Of a stretch of DNA of 64,000 nucleotides, positions 28,763 to 37,642 are shown one piece after another. The notes under the pieces were generated by a model. It searched no databases. It was not told the DNA's origin and worked only from the letters and a program-made list of their open reading frames with translations. The translations under genes were made by a program, and so were the position numbers. The number at the start of each line of letters is the position of its first letter. Position 1 is the stretch's first letter. Where the stretch lies: the IMG/VR virus record IMGVR_UViG_3300037297_000066, positions 62,001 through 126,000 of that record; one strand, given 5' to 3'.

Positions 28763-29169
28763 TTGCCTACCTCCCCAATTGTGACCTTCACACCACTACA
28801 CACAGCAACACCCGACCGTTTGTTTACGTGATCTCAATCACGGACTGCGTAACCTGTCAGACCAATAGTTCCAGCTTCCAAATCCCTTTCATTGCCAATG
28901 CTGATAGGGGATCGTGCCCAGAAGACCTACCGTGGGGGGTACCGAGAAGTCGGGAAAAAGAGCGGCTCAAGCGGTTGGCTGAGTTGGCTGCTTGGACACA
29001 CCAGGCTATCGAGGAGTTTCGTAAGGCAGTACTCCAAAGTAGAGCACTCCCAACCGCTCCCATCCAAAAGCAGCCCAGGCCCGTAGAGCACAAGCACCTT
29101 CACGTTCGCAAGCTCAGCAAGCGACGAGTGTGCTCAGGGGCAAGTCGCTATCGAGTGATGGCCAACTAG
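28759..29169 (+). CDS. Hypothetical protein (start MIAYL)
   Basis: ATGA overlap with the upstream stop. Confidence 0.5.
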   Translation: MIAYLPNCDLHTTTHSNTRPFVYVISITDCVTCQTNSSSFQIPFIANADRGSCPEDLPWGVPRSREKERLKRLAELAAWTHQAIEEFRKAVLQSRALPTAPIQKQPRPVEHKHLHVRKLSKRRVCSGASRYRVMAN

Positions 29170-30407
29170 CGACTCTCTTCCCAAGAGTCGTGTAGAGCCG
29201 AGAAGATCATCCCCATCTGGGACCAATCTACGAGTCTCTGTCGGATGATCTTAGACATCGGAACAACTTCTACGTAGGTACGTTCCGAATCCCCCTCAAC
29301 CCCATGGGCACTTGAGTCCGATCGCAGCTGCTCCAACTGTTCGGGAGTCAACTCTGTCCGAAACAGGTTGCAATGGTAGGAGGCCCCTGTAGCGTTGATC
29401 TGCCTGGAACCCAAGGGCCGGACCTCGGTTACTGATAACCTGAGTCCCGTTTCCTCGAAAACCTCTTCTACGGCCACCTCTCTGGGGTCCTCATTGGGAT
29501 CCTTGGAGGAGCCCCCTGGAAGTTCGTAAACGAAACCCTCCTCGTTTCTGACAGAGCTCCGAAACTCTTTGACCAAAACCACCTCTGCTTCAGCCCCATA
29601 CCCGTACATCACAACGGCAGATATGTCCGGACGGAAGGAAACCACTTCGTTGGTCTTGTTGCGATCCTCGGCCTCGATGTGGACATTGACGTGGAGGACG
29701 TACGAGAACAACCCGCTCCTGGGCCTACCTTTGGCCGGCTCGAAGGTCCCTCTAGGGATTCGGAAGGTCCATTCGACCCGGCAACCATCGAGACGATTGC
29801 CTACAGCCTTCTGGGCGCTCAGCCACGCCTGGAAGTCGTTTCGATTCCAGATCTCCAAGGGTACCTCGCACTCCCCGCCCATCCTCAGAGCCCCCTCAGC
29901 GGTTCGGGAAAGGGCACATTGAAGGGTAGCCTCCAAAGCCTCCCTGATGGGCACCCCCAGATGGCGGGCCCACCACAGTTGGTAGCCCACTTTCTCGGCC
30001 TCGGGAGGAGCTCCGAAAACGCATTTCCCGGAGTGCTTCCAGGTGCCCCACTCATCATTCGTCGTCAGGGCCGCCATGGGCTGGGGGAAGAGCTTGCCCC
30101 CATAGATGTCCCGGGGGACCCAGAACACGATGCAGTCGCACCGGTTCATGGCCTCCTCTTCCCACTCGATCTGGGTATCGTAGTCAATCCCTGGATTTTT
30201 ATTCTCCCGGTACTCCGGATTGTAGACCACTCCATCGTAGCCTAGCCGCTCCAAGATCTCCAAAGCGGTGGTCCTCCAGGACTCCCCCTTTACTCGTGGA
30301 GACGGCCCGGCCAGGAAGATGGCTCGGGTAAAGGTCTCGGGAACAGGTTCTCCGGTGTAGACTACCTGCATGGCTTGACCCCTCTTCCAATGTCCGGCAT
30401 CGTGCAT
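29166..30407 (-). CDS. Nucleoside 2-deoxyribosyltransferase-like domain fused to a NUDIX hydrolase
   Basis: N-terminal IFLAGP...WR...YNPE...QIEWE...CDCIVFW...TTNDEWG; C-terminal NUDIX box GGSSKDPNEDPREVAVEEVFEETGL. Confidence 0.85.
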   Translation of the reverse strand: MHDAGHWKRGQAMQVVYTGEPVPETFTRAIFLAGPSPRVKGESWRTTALEILERLGYDGVVYNPEYRENKNPGIDYDTQIEWEEEAMNRCDCIVFWVPRDIYGGKLFPQPMAALTTNDEWGTWKHSGKCVFGAPPEAEKVGYQLWWARHLGVPIREALEATLQCALSRTAEGALRMGGECEVPLEIWNRNDFQAWLSAQKAVGNRLDGCRVEWTFRIPRGTFEPAKGRPRSGLFSYVLHVNVHIEAEDRNKTNEVVSFRPDISAVVMYGYGAEAEVVLVKEFRSSVRNEEGFVYELPGGSSKDPNEDPREVAVEEVFEETGLRLSVTEVRPLGSRQINATGASYHCNLFRTELTPEQLEQLRSDSSAHGVEGDSERTYVEVVPMSKIIRQRLVDWSQMGMIFSALHDSWEESR

Positions 30408-30442
30408 GACTACCTCTTACCCCACAAGGGTCTAGAAAAGCA

Positions 30443-30895
30443 ATGGCGATAGAAGAAGGTGAGACCAGTGCTGGAGAACGTTGCCTGAGCATCGGCCGCA
30501 ATCATGAAGAAGATGGTGGAGGAGCCTACTTCACAAGCGAAGACAGGCTGCTAAGGATGACCATCCCTTTGGTGTACAGGAACTTTCTGCGCATCGATCC
30601 TTCTGTTGCCACTGACATGATAGAGGTTCTCCAGTACTACTTGCGTCATCAGGCGCTAGGAAAAGGCGAGGTGTTCCAAGTAGGTGATTGGGTTAGAGGG
30701 ATCAACGGAGTCAAGGGAGAGGTAGGGGTTATCAAAAAGCTGGACGAAGAAAGAGCTGTCATTCTGTGTCCGGGTCCCCCTGAACAAGAATGGTTCTCTT
30801 CTCAGCCTATTGGAGTCAGCTGGATCAGGTGTGATCCTCCTTCTACCCACAACTCAGCGCCCACGGCCTGGGATCGAATCCAAGAGGACGACTGA
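30443..30895 (+). CDS. Hypothetical with SH3/KOW-like region and W-tag (PTAWDRI)
   Basis: FQVGDWVRGINGVKGEVGVI; tag. Confidence 0.65.
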   Translation: MAIEEGETSAGERCLSIGRNHEEDGGGAYFTSEDRLLRMTIPLVYRNFLRIDPSVATDMIEVLQYYLRHQALGKGEVFQVGDWVRGINGVKGEVGVIKKLDEERAVILCPGPPEQEWFSSQPIGVSWIRCDPPSTHNSAPTAWDRIQEDD

Positions 30896-31182
30896 TGCCA
30901 CGAGAAGACGATCTGAACATGCTCCGAACGCTCCTAGCGAGCACCAACATCGAACGTCACGACAAGGAAGCGTTCGAGAACATGTACGACTGGCTATTCC
31001 GGGGACGCCGTACATTGACCCCCAAACAGCGAGCCTGGGTGGAGAAGGTCTATCACAAGCTTGGAACCAACCGGCCGAAGCTCCAAAGGCATCGAGCGGC
31101 CGTCAATCCCAAGATGAGCCCCGAGGAACGCAAGCTCATGGAATCTCTTCGATCCCGAAAAAGGGTCAAGGGCGGTGTATAG
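30895..31182 (+). CDS. Hypothetical protein
   Basis: TGATG coupling; LTPKQRAW motif. Confidence 0.6.
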   Translation: MPREDDLNMLRTLLASTNIERHDKEAFENMYDWLFRGRRTLTPKQRAWVEKVYHKLGTNRPKLQRHRAAVNPKMSPEERKLMESLRSRKRVKGGV

Positions 31183-31191
31183 TAGGGCACG

Positions 31192-31500
31192 ATGCCCGAG
31201 CTCTCTGTCACGCCCGAGGTGCTCTGCCCATTCTGTAGGAGGCCCATCATCAGGATGATGCGTCACCACACGGTGCCCAAGTCCCTAGGGGGAAAGGAGA
31301 AGATGGACTCCTGTAGGGACTGCCACCGGGCTATCCACCTCTGCTTCACGAACAAAGAACTGGAGAAGGAGTTCAACACTGTCAAGAAGCTCTTGTCCCG
31401 AGCTAAGTTTCGTAGGATGGTGGAGTTCATCAAGGGGCAAGATCCCTACCACAAGGTTCGGATGCTACGCCCTCAAGGAGCCCGACGGAAGCGATGGTGA
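31192..31500 (+). CDS. HNH endonuclease-like protein
   Basis: CPFC...HHTVPKSLGG...CRDCHRAIH. Confidence 0.8.
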   Translation: MPELSVTPEVLCPFCRRPIIRMMRHHTVPKSLGGKEKMDSCRDCHRAIHLCFTNKELEKEFNTVKKLLSRAKFRRMVEFIKGQDPYHKVRMLRPQGARRKRW

Positions 31501-31760
31501 GGTCAAAGCATCCAACCGTGGAGGAAGCTCGGGTGCTTGCCTTACGGAAGCTGCTCGACCAATGGCCTACTGGCTCAACCTGTTCCAGAGAGCATTTGCA
31601 GAAAGCGTTGGATAAAGCCCAAGCAGAGCTCGAAGGTGAACTGAATTTTCAGGGCGTTGCATGTGACCATCAGCGGATGATCGAGTGTCATCCAGGCTGT
31701 GGCCACTTTTACTGCCCCGATTGTGGTCTCACCTGGGACGATGGGTGCGATTTCCCCTGA
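31494..31760 (+). CDS. Small Zn-finger hypothetical
   Basis: C-terminal CHPGC...CPDC. Confidence 0.55.
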   Translation: MVRSKHPTVEEARVLALRKLLDQWPTGSTCSREHLQKALDKAQAELEGELNFQGVACDHQRMIECHPGCGHFYCPDCGLTWDDGCDFP

Positions 31761-32130
31761 AGGGTGAGCTGTCAATGACCGAACCTGAAAAGCAACAGAC
31801 TTCTCTAAGAGAGCGCCTCTGGCTACTTAGGTACGGAATCGACGCCTTGGTTGCCACCGGTATGATCTCAGTGGATGCCGCTGCAATCTACATCAAACGG
31901 AAACGAGCCAAGGAACTGGCAACCAAAGCCCAGAAACGAGACGTGTAAAACGGTACTAGTCATGTGCGACATCGAACGAATCTTCGGACTGTGCAAGGAC
32001 ACCTTGGTCCTAAGGAAGGGTAAAGAGGACCCCGAAGTGCATGTTTGCGAGTTGCCAAAGTACCATAGAGGGCCCCACCAAGTATGTTTCACAAACAAGG
32101 GCATACACGTCACCACCCAATGGGAAAACG

Positions 32131-32541
32131 ATGGAACCAAAAAACTCTCCTGAACCCGAATGTTGGCAAGAAGTCCCTTCCGAGGATCATCGGATTCATC
32201 CTAGCCGAGCCCTGATCGCCTACTCCGACGACGCCGAAGTGAGTATCGTTTTGGAATACGTGGGAGACACCCTCGAAGAGGAGATCGAGAACCTCGACAG
32301 CCGGCAAACTTGCGACTTGGGACTGAACGTCCCCGAAGGTCAAGAAGATCCTCCCCTTCCAACTTCTGGGTTGTGCATCTGGGAAGGTGAGTTCGTGTCC
32401 AAGTCCGTCTCTTCCCCTGAAACGGGCTACGATTACGACACTGAGGCCCGAGGATCCTTTCGTCCCCTGACGGACGAGGAATGGGAGAAGGTGAAACGAG
32501 GGGAAGCTCTTTTCATTGTGGATCCCCCACCCGGCTCATGA
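32131..32541 (+). CDS. Acidic hypothetical protein (start MEPKN)
   Basis: Co-oriented, coupled run. Confidence 0.55.
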   Translation: MEPKNSPEPECWQEVPSEDHRIHPSRALIAYSDDAEVSIVLEYVGDTLEEEIENLDSRQTCDLGLNVPEGQEDPPLPTSGLCIWEGEFVSKSVSSPETGYDYDTEARGSFRPLTDEEWEKVKRGEALFIVDPPPGS

Positions 32542-33058
32542 AACTCACTGATGCACAAGTTCTGAAGCTTCGAGAAGCTGTTGAACATGGTCAGACGTGT
32601 GAGTACCATCCCACTCAGCGCAGGACCCTCAAGCGTCTAGTAGTGTTGGGGATGCTACGACGGAATCCAGATCCACCTTGGGGCAAGGTGCTATTTCCTC
32701 TTCACTACCCCACCGCTCGGGGCCGAGCCTACATGCGTTGGTGGAGCTGCAAGTACGATAAGCCCATCAAGCCTTTCCGTTGCCTTCCAGGGGGACAGAT
32801 CCTGCCTTTCCACCGACTCTAAAAGGCTAGACTCCCAGAAAAAGGTAGCAAGGACGGCATCTGTGAAGAACGGTAATCTCTGGCTGCGAGAGGTGTTCGA
32901 TGTTTTGGACACTAAAGGAGAAGTGTGCCAGACCCTCTGCCCCGAGGAGTCGGATTGTCACCCTTACGAGCCGAACGATGCTTGTGGGGGCTGCGACAAC
33001 TGCCTGTTGGCCCAAGCAATCCACTACAAATACGAAGTGAAACGAAGGGTGGAAACCT

Positions 33059-33661
33059 ATGCCCGGTGAAGTGAGTCGATCTAACCCTGGCCCCTCTGAC
33101 GAGAGTCCCTACTGTCCAGACTACTGTTACCCCAATGGGCCGAGAATGTGCCCATGTGGGCATCACGAGGGCTACCACAACGACCAGGGCGAGTGCCTAC
33201 TGGCCCACCAATGCCAGTGTAAGGGACTCCCCCTCACGTGTCGGACCCCGACCCCAAATGAAGAAGGTCAGGGAATACGGGAAATACAACAGCGCATCGG
33301 AGACTGGGTTCGTTCCACCCTTGGGGAAAAGTCCCTCAATAACCCCTTAGAACGGTGCCTACGCTTGATGGAAGAAGCAGCCGAGCTCTCTCAAGCAGTG
33401 GGGGTGAATGCCGAAACCTTGCATCGGTTGATTGACTATGTCTACGCCCGACCCAAAGGGAAAGCACCTCAGGAGATAGCCGGTTGCATGGTCACAATCT
33501 GTGCTGCCGCCTTCTCTCTCAAGGTCGATCTGCTCGCCGTGACCCTGAAAGAGATCCGGCGCATCCACACCTCCGAGGTCATAGCCAGGGTCCGCAGACG
33601 ACAACACGAGAAACGAGAGGCCGGCCTTGAGGGAAAAGGTCTCAAAGGGACCGGGAGATAA
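33059..33661 (+). CDS. Cys-rich N-terminus plus MazG/NTP-pyrophosphatase-like helical domain
   Basis: ERCLRLMEEAAELSQA...QEIAG fits the EExxE pattern of all-alpha NTP-PPases; weak. Confidence 0.5.
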   Translation: MPGEVSRSNPGPSDESPYCPDYCYPNGPRMCPCGHHEGYHNDQGECLLAHQCQCKGLPLTCRTPTPNEEGQGIREIQQRIGDWVRSTLGEKSLNNPLERCLRLMEEAAELSQAVGVNAETLHRLIDYVYARPKGKAPQEIAGCMVTICAAAFSLKVDLLAVTLKEIRRIHTSEVIARVRRRQHEKREAGLEGKGLKGTGR

Positions 33662-33792
33662 AGGAGGCCCTGGCCGCTCTGGAAGAGGGAGACTTCATTG
33701 AGTTGAGCGACTTGTTCTGGGAGTGGGCCGATGGCTACCCCAACTCTTGCAAACCCCACAAAAAATGAGCGTCTTTACCCCTCACTTTTTTC

Positions 33793-33821
33793 TTGACACC
33801 TGTGAACGGGGGGACTAAACA
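33793..33821 (+). promoter_or_regulatory. Sigma70-like promoter TTGACA-N17-TAAACA
   Basis: Perfect -35, imperfect -10, 10 nt before ATG 33832; preceded by an A6/T6 imperfect inverted repeat. Confidence 0.5.
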
Positions 33822-33831
33822 CTACACACCG

Positions 33832-34164
33832 ATGTTTGGTGACTACGCAAGGGCCCGTCGAGAGGCCAAAGGGATAGGTTTGAGAGAGATAGCCAAGGCT
33901 CTCAAAAAGTCCCCCACGTTCATCTCACGGGTAGAGTTAGGTCACGAGGTCAGAGTAGGAGAAGAGACTTTGGTCAAATGGGCCCACGTTCTTGGAGAGG
34001 ACCCTGACCTGTTCCTAGCCCGAGCCGGAAAACTTCAAACAGACATTCGGGAGGCCATTATGGCCAATCCGGAGATCTTTCTGGAGCTCATCCGGAGGGT
34101 TCGAGCACTTCCTAGGAAGCGTCAAGCAGAGGTGGTTCGCAAGGTCAAAGACGGAGATTGGTAA
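33832..34164 (+). CDS. XRE-family helix-turn-helix regulator
   Basis: FGDYARARREAKGIGLREIAKALKKSPTFISRVELG. Confidence 0.85.
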   Translation: MFGDYARARREAKGIGLREIAKALKKSPTFISRVELGHEVRVGEETLVKWAHVLGEDPDLFLARAGKLQTDIREAIMANPEIFLELIRRVRALPRKRQAEVVRKVKDGDW

Positions 34165-34165
34165 G

Positions 34166-35362
34166 ATGACGATCAAATTGGAACAAGACAAGCTGAGTTT
34201 CTCATTCCCCGAGGTGCACACGGACGCCAAGTTCTCGTTGGATTTCCAACGCACGCTGCGTCTCCCCGACGACGGCAAGACCTACCCGCTTCCGCCTGGC
34301 CTGGGTCGTTTTCCCATCCGGCACATCGAGGACTATGCCGACCGAGTCCCTGCTGAGTGGCTCAAGCGGCTCGGCGTGATGACGCCCCTCTACCAGTCCG
34401 AGGCTCTGTGGATCAACTTCCACCCGAGCACCGGAAGCTGTCGCCCGTCGGCCTACCCGTTTGCCATCAAGATCGCCGCCGGCAAGCGGTGTGCTCTGAC
34501 CGGCAACGCCTGGTGGCCCAAGCTCCGCAACCGCCCTGGTGAGGACCAGGACTACGTGGTCATCCCCGGCCAGCCGTGGCTCGATGGGTTCGTGGTCGAG
34601 AAGGGAAAGGTCCGGCAGTTCGTGGCCGTCCCCCTCGGGATGGGGCTTACGGTCGAGGGCCAGATGGATGGCAAGGAGGAGTTTGGAGGCATCCAGATCC
34701 AGGTCTACCCCATGAAGGCCGAGGTCTACGAGCGCAAGTTCCCCCAACGAAAGATGGAAGCACGTTTGGGGGTGTGTCGTGGGATGAGCGCTACTTTTGA
34801 CAGCCTCAGCCTAGACTGCAAAAGCCTCGGGGCCGCTCCAGCCGGGGCTGACATGGGTCTCGGCATGGGAGGTTCGATGAAGCAAGAGGTATTCCAAGAC
34901 CGCTTCGACTTCGACGACTGGGATCACGAGCACTCTAGCCGGCTATATGTTCACCTGGCCAACAGCCTGGCTTGGAAAGCCATCACACAACAGGATCCCC
35001 CCTCGGCTCCTCAAACGGCAGCTCTGTACGCCCGGTACGGCCTTCCTTGGTTCGACTACTACGACGACAGCCTCAAGGCTCTGGAAGGCAGTGGGAAACT
35101 CGCCGCTCTCAAGAGCATCCTGGAGCTGGGTTTCCAGAAGGGACTCACCGGAGTCCTGCCAGAGAACGAGTCCCCGAGCCCGGGAGGCGCCCAGACGCTC
35201 TACGGAATCCCAATGGGCAGTGGCCGGGAAGTGGCGACCGCTTGTAGTGGCACCCGGTACGGTATCCCCATCAAGGAGCCCCAGAGCGACAGTCCCATCC
35301 CCAGTGACCAGATCCACGTCATCAAGGGACAGCACGGAACCGTCAGAAACGGGAAGTGGTGA
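34166..35362 (+). CDS. Conserved protein of unknown function
   Basis: FQRTLRLPDDGKTYPLPPGLG, PLYQSEALWINF, QPWLDG and RQFVAVPLG resemble, from memory, a family found in bacteria and fungi. Confidence 0.8.
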   Translation: MTIKLEQDKLSFSFPEVHTDAKFSLDFQRTLRLPDDGKTYPLPPGLGRFPIRHIEDYADRVPAEWLKRLGVMTPLYQSEALWINFHPSTGSCRPSAYPFAIKIAAGKRCALTGNAWWPKLRNRPGEDQDYVVIPGQPWLDGFVVEKGKVRQFVAVPLGMGLTVEGQMDGKEEFGGIQIQVYPMKAEVYERKFPQRKMEARLGVCRGMSATFDSLSLDCKSLGAAPAGADMGLGMGGSMKQEVFQDRFDFDDWDHEHSSRLYVHLANSLAWKAITQQDPPSAPQTAALYARYGLPWFDYYDDSLKALEGSGKLAALKSILELGFQKGLTGVLPENESPSPGGAQTLYGIPMGSGREVATACSGTRYGIPIKEPQSDSPIPSDQIHVIKGQHGTVRNGKW

Positions 35363-35371
35363 AAGCTCAGA

Positions 35372-35407
35372 TTTCCGGGAATTGAGTTAACCCTTGATTC
35401 CCGGAAA
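35372..35407. terminator. Inverted repeat between convergent genes (likely terminator)
   Basis: TTTCCGGGAAT...ATTCCCGGAAA, 11-bp stem extendable by G-U pairs. Confidence 0.6.
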
Positions 35408-35944
35408 CTCATTGCCCACCAGCAAGCGTTCCCAAGCCGAGGGGAGTCTCTCGTAACGGTTTCGGCGAGACCGTTCCTTGGACTCCTCCTTGGCTTTGGC
35501 TCTTTTGGCCGTCTTCTTCCAAGCTCTGGGGTCCACCCATTCTTGGACGAAACCCTTGGTCCACACGCCCTTGAGCTTGAAGAGAATGGTTGTGCCTGCA
35601 GGAAGCTTCTCTAGCCTACGAAGGGTGTACTTCCCTATCTCCTGGCCTCGAAGAGGGGAAGGTTCGTTGCTAGAGGGAGGGTTCGAACCCCACCGTCTCC
35701 AATCAAAACAACCCCGAACCTGCCCCTTCATCAGGGAATGGGACCACCTGACTGTCCTGTAGCTAGGATTTGACCATCGAGAACGATCTACCTGGAAGTG
35801 TTGGTCAGGTACCTGATTGTCCTTCACTACCAGGACTACTTCGTCCCGCCCAAAGTAGTGGGTGTCCCACTCATCCTCGGAGCGTGAAGATCCTGGTCGC
35901 CGGACCTTCACCCCGATGGGCTTCTGTCGAGTAGAACCAGGCAT
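35387..35944 (-). CDS. Hypothetical with W-tag (PSAWERLL)
   Basis: 185 aa ORF; tag. Confidence 0.65.
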   Translation of the reverse strand: MPGSTRQKPIGVKVRRPGSSRSEDEWDTHYFGRDEVVLVVKDNQVPDQHFQVDRSRWSNPSYRTVRWSHSLMKGQVRGCFDWRRWGSNPPSSNEPSPLRGQEIGKYTLRRLEKLPAGTTILFKLKGVWTKGFVQEWVDPRAWKKTAKRAKAKEESKERSRRNRYERLPSAWERLLVGNEFPGIKG

Positions 35945-36016
35945 TAAACACCTTCACGCCCCAAGGATGGCAAAAACTACTGCCCAAAACAAGCTCTCTG
36001 TTGTAGTCTCCGGGTC

Positions 36017-36673
36017 ATGAGCCTTAGCCGACGCCTTCAGCGCAAGAAGCAGCAACGTGAGGAGAAAGAGGCCCAGGGGCCAAAAGGGCAAGACCACCGG
36101 AAGCTCCCAGTGGGAAAGCTCATCTCCCCACCTGTGAAGGGGGACTTCCTCTGTCTTCCCTTGTTCGGTTGGGTAGCAATCCGGGAAAAGGCGGATACAC
36201 CTCTGGTGATGTTGGTGGTGACCCTCATCCGGAGCACAGAGGATCCAACTCCCCGGGGGACCCTACAAATCGAACTGCCTGTCTGGCCAGAGACCGAGAG
36301 AGCCACGGTAGCGGCCTTGGCTCGATTCGGGTGGGACGGCAGGATTTGGCCCAAAGAGGACGGTTGGCCGGAAGGGGACGAGACAGATTCCCAGAATCTG
36401 ATCGAGCTCATGAGCCAGGCCAAGCTTCGAAACACGATGACGTTTCCCCCGGACGATCGGGGAGTTGCCTGCCAGTCCGTAACGGTAGCCAGAGCTCGTG
36501 GGCCCTTCTTGATGCCTCCTCTAGAGGTGCCTGAGGGGGATGTGGACCCGTTCTTGCTGGAGAGGCTCCAAGCCCTTTGCGAAGATCCAAAGCCGTTCTA
36601 CCCCATCATGCAAGCCCGGAGACCTATGCCTGCGGCTATCGAGCGTCTGGATCCGGACGCTGGTGTACAGTAG
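36017..36673 (+). CDS. Hypothetical protein
   Basis: 218 aa ORF. Confidence 0.7.
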   Translation: MSLSRRLQRKKQQREEKEAQGPKGQDHRKLPVGKLISPPVKGDFLCLPLFGWVAIREKADTPLVMLVVTLIRSTEDPTPRGTLQIELPVWPETERATVAALARFGWDGRIWPKEDGWPEGDETDSQNLIELMSQAKLRNTMTFPPDDRGVACQSVTVARARGPFLMPPLEVPEGDVDPFLLERLQALCEDPKPFYPIMQARRPMPAAIERLDPDAGVQ

Positions 36674-36676
36674 GGC

Positions 36677-37417
36677 ATGGGAAAAGACAGTTCCTCCGAA
36701 ACCAGCTACTGGGATCTCCTTGATGAAGGGGATCAACTCTTCCGGGAAGGGCCCGTCCCCAAACCCATGGTGGAACGAGAGTCCCGGCCTTTAGACCGTG
36801 CAGAAGTAGCCGTTTTCAACGCCATCGGATGTTGTTCCGGGGACGCTGAGGGAGCCCTGGGACTAATCAACAAGCTTTCTGCTGAGCGAGCCTCAGGGGA
36901 TGAATCTCTTCCAGTTGAGGGCAGCGACCACGAAGCCTTCCAGCTCATGGGGTTCGAACTGGGGGAAGTCCGAAAACAGAGCACGCTGTTTCGAAACGTC
37001 AAATACCCCGAGGGGTGGACTAAGATCTCGGATCCAGAGGACCCTGAAGGCCGAATGACAGCCATCCTAGACACGAAGGGCCGGTGGAGGGTCAGCATCA
37101 CACATCTGGGGCAGTTCTGGGACGACTACGCCAGCTGTACTCCACTCTCTCTGTACAGGGCCAGAAGTCAGAGCAATGTCCCTGGCAAGGTGGTTTGGGA
37201 ATGCCTCGAAGGGGGCACCACCGTGATCCACACCTGGGAGGAGGAAGTCTCAGGCAGGGCCTACTCCGAGAAGTGGTGGGCCGCCTACAAGGAGGGGAAG
37301 GCCGAGTGTGAGCGGTGGCTCACAGAGCATTACCCAGACTGGCGTAACTGCCTGGCCTACTGGGACGACTACCCCAAGACGGCCCTGGAGAGAGTCTCCG
37401 ACGACTCAGAATCCTGA
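36677..37417 (+). CDS. Hypothetical with tag variant (KTALERV)
   Basis: GGTG-TACAGT-N5-ATG start. Confidence 0.75.
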   Translation: MGKDSSSETSYWDLLDEGDQLFREGPVPKPMVERESRPLDRAEVAVFNAIGCCSGDAEGALGLINKLSAERASGDESLPVEGSDHEAFQLMGFELGEVRKQSTLFRNVKYPEGWTKISDPEDPEGRMTAILDTKGRWRVSITHLGQFWDDYASCTPLSLYRARSQSNVPGKVVWECLEGGTTVIHTWEEEVSGRAYSEKWWAAYKEGKAECERWLTEHYPDWRNCLAYWDDYPKTALERVSDDSES

Positions 37418-37435
37418 CCGACTTTTTCAGATTCC

Positions 37436-37642
37436 GGTGTACAGTAGGGGAGCGAAGCCATTTGCGAGAGGTTCAGTGGCAAGAGTTTCCTAGGGACCGC
37501 TCGAAAGTGTGTGTTCCTTGATAGTTAAACCCTGTTTCCTGCTGGTCAGAGTCTGGTGATATAGGGTCAGAAGACCAGAACTGGACAACCTATCGCAGAG
37601 TCCTGTCCAAAGGTCTGATCTGACACCCCCATTTAGGGGTGG
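37436..37642 (+). promoter_or_regulatory. CRISPR leader 1 with class B promoter motif
   Basis: Near-identical to 46955-47161; starts with GGTGTACAGT; abuts the first repeat. Confidence 0.8.
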
